Shown here: positions 44,017 to 48,882 of the stretch, piece by piece
Layout: each line of letters opens with the position of its first letter
How positions within the stretch are numbered: the stretch's first letter is position 1
Assembly (NCBI GenBank): GCA_026196545.1
Contig: JAPHSZ010000128.1
Span: forward strand, 1-48,882
DNA: 48,882 nt
Direction: 5' to 3'
DNA from: Gammaproteobacteria bacterium
Lineage (GTDB): Bacteria; Pseudomonadota; Gammaproteobacteria; SZUA-229
The notes under the pieces: generated by a model
Databases searched by the model: none
Seen by the model: only the letters and a program-made list of their open reading frames with translations
What the model was told of the DNA's origin: nothing
Translations under genes and position numbers: made by a program

Positions 44017-45225
44017 CTACAAGTTTCTCAAGATATTACTCCATGAATCTGTCGCATGACGCTTATTAAAATTTTGTTCAAAAATATCTCTTATTTGAGT
44101 ACAATCCATTTGAGAAGCCTCTTCCTTTCTTGCTAATATTTTTATGTGCTCCGCAAGATCCTTATCACTTCCAATACTAAATGATGAGCCACAATCAAAT
44201 TCATTCAACACTCTAGCAATCTCTCCATTCAAATCACCAACAAAAATACTAGGACGACCAGCAGCAATTATTCCGTATATTTTGCTGGGCACAATTAGTC
44301 CTTCCAAGCTTGGATTTAGTGATACATAGTGCACATCGGGCACAGACAAACTCTCACTTAGATTCTCACGTGGCTGATATGGTTTAAAAATACAATTGTC
44401 TAAATCAAATTCTTTTACCGCAGCTTCAAGAAAACATTTTCCTGCGCCATCACCAACAAACAAAAACACAATTTTTTTTTCATCTCGTAACCATTTCATC
44501 GCACCAATAAGAGTGTCAAAATTATGTGCCCGCCCCATATTTCCAGAATATCCAACAACAAATTTGTCTTCAAGGTGCCATTTGCACCGTAATCTATTAT
44601 TAGTTTTCAATATTGGCTTAACATTATTCCCATCTGCCCAGTTAGTAATAACTCTAACCTTTGATTGAACTACACCCTGGGCACAAACATATTCTCTCAT
44701 TCGCTCGCCTAAAACCACATTCATGGAAGCACCTTTTAGAGAAAGATTACGTAACCATCGAGTTAGTCTGATCAATGGCCTCCACGTCAATATACCTAAG
44801 GCTTCCGCTACCTCAGGAAAAATATCCTGTATCCAATTAACTAGTTTTGCTCGTTTTAGTTTTGCAACCATCCAGGCTATCACGGATATAAGCGGCGGGT
44901 CTGTCTTAGCAATAATCACATCGTGACGATGAGTAATTCGGAACAAAGTTAAAAAGGCTGCTGGGTAAAATGAAAGATAATCTATTGCCCTACCGAATAA
45001 ATTACTACGGCCAAATCGTGTTGACCATACGCGAAAAACCTCAATTCCGGATATAGAATCATATTGTGGTAATTTTTCTTTTGGCTTCTCATAACACTGC
45101 CTGCTTGTAACAACCACTACCTCAAATCCCTCTAACGATAGCTCAAAAGCAAGATCAGATAACATCTGGCTGGTTGCAGACATATCAGGGTAAAAATACC
45201 TGTTTACAAATATTATTTTACTCAC
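44017..45225 (-). CDS. GT-B glycosyltransferase (GT4, WcaI-like)
   Basis: 402 aa with a GTG start. N-terminus IIFVNRYFYPDMSATSQMLSDLAFEL is typical of WcaI-like enzymes. C-terminal Rossmann half includes PSKIYGIIAAGRP. Confidence 0.7.
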   Translation of the reverse strand: MSKIIFVNRYFYPDMSATSQMLSDLAFELSLEGFEVVVVTSRQCYEKPKEKLPQYDSISGIEVFRVWSTRFGRSNLFGRAIDYLSFYPAAFLTLFRITHRHDVIIAKTDPPLISVIAWMVAKLKRAKLVNWIQDIFPEVAEALGILTWRPLIRLTRWLRNLSLKGASMNVVLGERMREYVCAQGVVQSKVRVITNWADGNNVKPILKTNNRLRCKWHLEDKFVVGYSGNMGRAHNFDTLIGAMKWLRDEKKIVFLFVGDGAGKCFLEAAVKEFDLDNCIFKPYQPRENLSESLSVPDVHYVSLNPSLEGLIVPSKIYGIIAAGRPSIFVGDLNGEIARVLNEFDCGSSFSIGSDKDLAEHIKILARKEEASQMDCTQIRDIFEQNFNKRHATDSWSNILRNL

Positions 45226-45310
45226 TAACCGCTAAGAATAGGGTTTAATATTACCTACTCATCTCTCCTGACTAAAACTTTAATATTTTATACAATAAGA
45301 AACGTACAGA

Positions 45311-45327
45311 ACACTAAATATTAGTGT
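45311..45327. promoter_or_regulatory. 17-bp inverted repeat ACACTA-N5-TAGTGT in the divergent GT/GT intergenic region
   Basis: acactaaatattagtgt with perfect 6-bp arms. Lies between divergently transcribed genes. Confidence 0.15.
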
Positions 45328-45364
45328 ATGCTTATTAACCTACACTTAAGATGTTGTACTTTAA

Positions 45365-45380
45365 GGCAAATTTCATACCA
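45365..45380 (-). promoter_or_regulatory. Weaker sigma-54-like -24/-12 candidate upstream of the minus-strand GT/xrtA genes
   Basis: The minus strand reads TGGTATGAAATTTGCC. GG and GC are correctly 12 nt apart and the -12 TTGC is perfect, but the -24 element is TGGTAT instead of TGGCAC. About 140 nt upstream of the start at 45225. Confidence 0.2.
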
Positions 45381-45397
45381 TTAATAGCAAAATATAC

Positions 45398-46525
45398 ATG
45401 CAGATAACACAAATAATACAAGGCGTACATAATCCATCTGCAGGCCCAACCTATTCTGTTGCAAAACTGGCTGACGAACTGTATAAGTCAAATTTAAATG
45501 CCTCAATTCTCACATTGGGTAAACAACCCGAAAAATGGCCTTATCAGGCAAAATTAAACATTTATTCTGGGTGGATAGAGAGGCATATCGGCATTTCTTT
45601 TAATCTTATTAAAGAGTTACGTAAGCATGCATTGCAGCCAGGCATATTACATGGTCATGGAATCTGGCGTATTACCAATCTCTTCCCACTACTAATCCCT
45701 AAAAATTCTCCAACTAAAATCATCTGTAGCCCTCGGGGTACTCTATCTGAATGGAGCATGAAGTATAAATCAACAGTAAAAATGCCATTCTGGAAACTCC
45801 TACAGAAACCAGCACTTCTACACTGTCATTGCTTCCATGCCACTTCAAAGGCAGAATATGAAGATATTCGGAGAGTAGGCCTTCACGGCCCTGTTGCTTT
45901 AATTCCTAATGGTATTGATATTCCTGAGATACCACCCTCAAAACCGCATAAAAAACAAGTAGTCTTCCTCAGTCGAATCAACCCCATCAAAGGCCTTGAT
46001 ATCCTGCTACCTGCATGGAAAGCGATTAGTAGCAACTTCAATGACTGGGAACTAGTAATAGCAGGCCCTCTAAACAACAACTACGCCCAGTCTGTTCAGG
46101 CACGTGCACATAGACTCAAGATACCTAGAATTAAATTTGTTGATGAAGTACTCGACCAGGAAAAAAACAAACTTCTAAGTGAAGCCTCACTGTTCGTTCT
46201 ACCCAGCTACTCAGAAAATTTTGGCATGGCAGTTGTCGAGGCACTTGCACACGGCACCCCCGTCATAACCACAACGGGAACCCCATGGACAAAACTTAAA
46301 GAAAAAAAATGCGGTTGGTGCATTAACCCAGATCAAAATGCATTGGAATACGCATTACAAGAAGCCATGAGTCAACCACCAGAATTATTAAAAGAAATGG
46401 GTAGAAATGGACGACATTGGATGCAAACAGATTATTCATGGCAACATGTAACTAAAATGATGCAACAAACATACGAATGGCTACTTAGTGACACTCCTAA
46501 GCCAGACTGGATAATTGAAGAATAA
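45398..46525 (+). CDS. GT-B glycosyltransferase (GT4 family)
   Basis: 375 aa. Signature PSYSENFGMAVVEALAHGTPVITT (E-x7-E region). Confidence 0.75.
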   Translation: MQITQIIQGVHNPSAGPTYSVAKLADELYKSNLNASILTLGKQPEKWPYQAKLNIYSGWIERHIGISFNLIKELRKHALQPGILHGHGIWRITNLFPLLIPKNSPTKIICSPRGTLSEWSMKYKSTVKMPFWKLLQKPALLHCHCFHATSKAEYEDIRRVGLHGPVALIPNGIDIPEIPPSKPHKKQVVFLSRINPIKGLDILLPAWKAISSNFNDWELVIAGPLNNNYAQSVQARAHRLKIPRIKFVDEVLDQEKNKLLSEASLFVLPSYSENFGMAVVEALAHGTPVITTTGTPWTKLKEKKCGWCINPDQNALEYALQEAMSQPPELLKEMGRNGRHWMQTDYSWQHVTKMMQQTYEWLLSDTPKPDWIIEE

Positions 46526-46535
46526 TCGTACGCTT

Positions 46536-47420
46536 ATGAAAAAACCAAATTTCTTTATCATTGGTGCACCTAAATGTGGAACCACATCACTGGCAAATTG
46601 GCTCAGGGAACATCCAAATATTTTTATGCCTGAGCATCCTAAAGAACCCATGTTTTTTGACACCGACATCACCAAACATAATCTATCTTTACAGCAATAT
46701 GAAAAATTATTTCATAATACAAATAAATCACACATTGCAGTTGGTGAAGCATCTACTACTTACCTAAGATCCAAAGTAGCTATTGATAAAATTCTTGAAT
46801 ACTCACTTAATGCCAAATTCATTATCACTGTTCGAAACCCTGTCGAAATGGCTATCTCTGGCCATTCACAGATGCTTTATACATTACATGAAGATATAAC
46901 TGACTTTCAAGAAGCATGGGAAGCGCAAAAAGACCGAAAAGAAGGAAAACGTATCCCAAAAAAATGTAAAGATCAAAGCCACAAACTATTTTATGGTGAA
47001 GTCTGCAAGATTGGTGAACAACTCAACAAAGTTTACCAATCTGTCTCGCAAGAAAATATCAAAGTTATTTTTCTGGATGATTTAAAAAATAATCCGGCGC
47101 AAACTTACAACGAGACTCTCGAATTTCTAAACGTACCCAATGATGAACGTCAGGATTTTTCTGCTGCCAATACTCGTAAAAAACCAAAAAAAGTTCTATT
47201 AAGTCATACACTATACATGCTAGGTAAAACAAAAAGAGCTCTTGGTTTGCAGGGAATAAATACCGGGATTCTTGCTGGTATTCATAAATGGAATCAAGTA
47301 CCTAAAAAAAACATTAACCTTAATCATAAATTCAAAAAAGAGCTCATCGACTATTTTCATGATGATATAGAGATTTTATCTGATCTGACTAACAGAGATC
47401 TTTCACATTGGATGAAATAG
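46536..47420 (+). CDS. Stand-alone PAPS-dependent sulfotransferase
   Basis: I place the start at ATG 46536; the ORF-track start at 46515 is TTG and overlaps the upstream gene. 5'-PSB loop FFIIGAPKCGTTSL lies directly at the N-terminus. 3'-PB-like ITVRNPVEMAIS. Confidence 0.8.
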   Translation: MKKPNFFIIGAPKCGTTSLANWLREHPNIFMPEHPKEPMFFDTDITKHNLSLQQYEKLFHNTNKSHIAVGEASTTYLRSKVAIDKILEYSLNAKFIITVRNPVEMAISGHSQMLYTLHEDITDFQEAWEAQKDRKEGKRIPKKCKDQSHKLFYGEVCKIGEQLNKVYQSVSQENIKVIFLDDLKNNPAQTYNETLEFLNVPNDERQDFSAANTRKKPKKVLLSHTLYMLGKTKRALGLQGINTGILAGIHKWNQVPKKNINLNHKFKKELIDYFHDDIEILSDLTNRDLSHWMK

Positions 47421-47443
47421 CATTTTCAAAATTAACCTACCAA

Positions 47444-48676
47444 CTAACTAGACTGAAGACGATATTCACTCGATCTGTATAAATATAGCACAGAGGCAAA
47501 AGACGCAAGAAACGTCGCTATAGCTGCTCCAAGTAAACCTAATATGGGTATCATTAGCAAGTTTGCACCAACATTAAGTATTGCACCAAGCCCCACGCCT
47601 TTGGTCACCACCATGGTTTTTCCATTAAGCTCATATTCTTTATTTAAAAATGGCGAAATTCCAAATACAACCTGAGAAACAACAATAATGACCATTATCT
47701 CTGTTCCCACATAATACTCAGGATAAAAATAGGCTCTAAATGGTATAACCATTATGCAACCTAAGAATGCAATTAAAACAATATAACGTATGTAATAACC
47801 TAATGCTCTATCAACAAGAGCCAGCGCATCACTCTCTCCTTTCTCGTTATTAATACGCAAGACCTTTGGATAAAAAATCAACATCATCAAAGTTAACGGC
47901 ACAGTAACTATACTACTGGATAATTGATATCCTAATATATAACTTGCCACCTGTTCTGTAGGCTCCCAAAATGTTAACAGATAACGATCTGACAGTGATA
48001 TAACCCATACCGCAATAGCATGGATCACTAGTGGAGCCCCATATATAAAATATTGTTTGCAAATGCTCAAATCTAGATAAGGAATTGGTGGGAAAACAAA
48101 TATACCCATCCTAATCCAGGCAACAAGTGAAATGAGTATATCTAAAATCGCATACACCATAAGTGAGTATGAAATCTGCCCACTCTCACCTATTGCACAA
48201 ATACCAAGAAATATCCCAAGAGAAAAAGCAAGCCCACAATGCGTTACAAAAAAAGCTTTGTGGTTTTCAGCCGCATTAAAAACGCCAAGAATACCTATCT
48301 TTAGGCCTGTAGCGATCAAAAGAAGTGGTACCAACCTATATATAGAATCTGTAACAATAGAAGTTACAATAACAACTAACAACAAGACTAGAGATAATAG
48401 AGAAAAGTAGGCAAAAACAGTCTGTCGAATCTGATTCTCATCAGTTTTCAGTAAATCATGCACATAACGATAAATAGCTTTGGACAACCAGCCAAATACA
48501 ATTGAAGCCCCTAACAAAGCCAGAGGCATTACCAGATTAAATTCCACATAATCCTGAGGAATCAGTACTTTTGGAGCCACAAGCACTAGCATTATTTGTG
48601 TTAACATCTGAATTCCGCGCCCCATTAGCGTATAAACAGTTGGTGACTTCATAAATCTGACAATAATTTGATACAT
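47444..48676 (-). CDS. Wzx-like oligosaccharide/polysaccharide flippase (MOP superfamily)
   Basis: 410 aa, about 12 hydrophobic helices, no soluble domain. Position in a polysaccharide gene cluster. The assignment rests on topology and context. Confidence 0.5.
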   Translation of the reverse strand: MYQIIVRFMKSPTVYTLMGRGIQMLTQIMLVLVAPKVLIPQDYVEFNLVMPLALLGASIVFGWLSKAIYRYVHDLLKTDENQIRQTVFAYFSLLSLVLLLVVIVTSIVTDSIYRLVPLLLIATGLKIGILGVFNAAENHKAFFVTHCGLAFSLGIFLGICAIGESGQISYSLMVYAILDILISLVAWIRMGIFVFPPIPYLDLSICKQYFIYGAPLVIHAIAVWVISLSDRYLLTFWEPTEQVASYILGYQLSSSIVTVPLTLMMLIFYPKVLRINNEKGESDALALVDRALGYYIRYIVLIAFLGCIMVIPFRAYFYPEYYVGTEIMVIIVVSQVVFGISPFLNKEYELNGKTMVVTKGVGLGAILNVGANLLMIPILGLLGAAIATFLASFASVLYLYRSSEYRLQSS

Positions 48677-48723
48677 AAAAAACTCTACTAGAAATCATAA
48701 AAACTCAAAGAGCACTACATAAG

Positions 48724-48746
48724 ATGAATTTATATTATAAATTCAT
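48724..48746. promoter_or_regulatory. Perfect 23-bp palindrome upstream of the flippase gene
   Basis: atgaatttata-t-tataaattcat, about 50 nt upstream of the ATG at 48676. Entirely AT-rich apart from one G/C pair. Confidence 0.2.
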
Positions 48747-48882
48747 TAACTTAGCACCCATTTTTAAAGATATATCGAACAACACCCCATTAATATCGCT
48801 TTCTTCCATGAAGGTCACCCCATCTACACTTTTATGTCATAATCCGACAGGCGAGCCTTAATTAATAGAAAGGATTTCACTA

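Noticed and set aside
10820-48882. The accessory region as a mobile genomic island.
   Set aside because: I saw no integrase, transposase, tRNA attachment site, conjugation/phage genes or flanking direct repeats in the window. The low GC content is common for polysaccharide loci, so mobility is unsupported.

Overview
This 48.9-kb segment reads like a gammaproteobacterial chromosome. All family names below come from reading motifs and from memory; no searches were run.

nt 1-10.7k holds housekeeping genes:
- secD (5'-truncated by the window edge) and secF
- heme O synthase
- a divergent heme-copper-oxidase-like membrane protein
- mfd
- a CsiV-like periplasmic protein
- a FadL/OmpP1-family porin

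nt 10.8k to the right edge is one continuous, visibly more AT-rich accessory region built around an exosortase A (XrtA)/PEP-CTERM exopolysaccharide system. It has three parts:
1. Two secreted cargo genes. One is a 1654-aa repeat adhesin-like protein. The other is a monocistronic 193-aa canonical PEP-CTERM protein. Both share an unassigned ~150-aa domain.
2. Two convergent operons encoding two TPR-sulfotransferases, a CPBP-like membrane protein, a C-terminally anchored cyclophilin, a TPR-GT41 (OGT-like) transferase and a polytopic protein with a spermidine-synthase-like central domain.
3. The regulatory and export core: prsR-prsK-prsT, an ATP-sulfurylase-like/APS-kinase fusion, tyrosine-kinase-like ATPase, chain-length determinant, OM beta-barrel, short OPX export protein, MraY/WecA-family priming transferase, xrtA fused to EpsI, two GT-B glycosyltransferases, a third sulfotransferase and a Wzx-like flippase.

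I recognised no rRNA, tRNA, CRISPR array, transposase or integrase.

Main hunt results:
- The XrtA locus appears wired for sulfation.
- A six-gene module of protein-directed enzymes lies next to the cargo genes.
- The shared domain occurs with two different C-terminal sorting tails.
- A well-spaced sigma-54 promoter candidate lies in front of the small PEP-CTERM gene.
- Catalytic motifs look degenerate in the sulfurylase, CPBP and SpeE-like domains.
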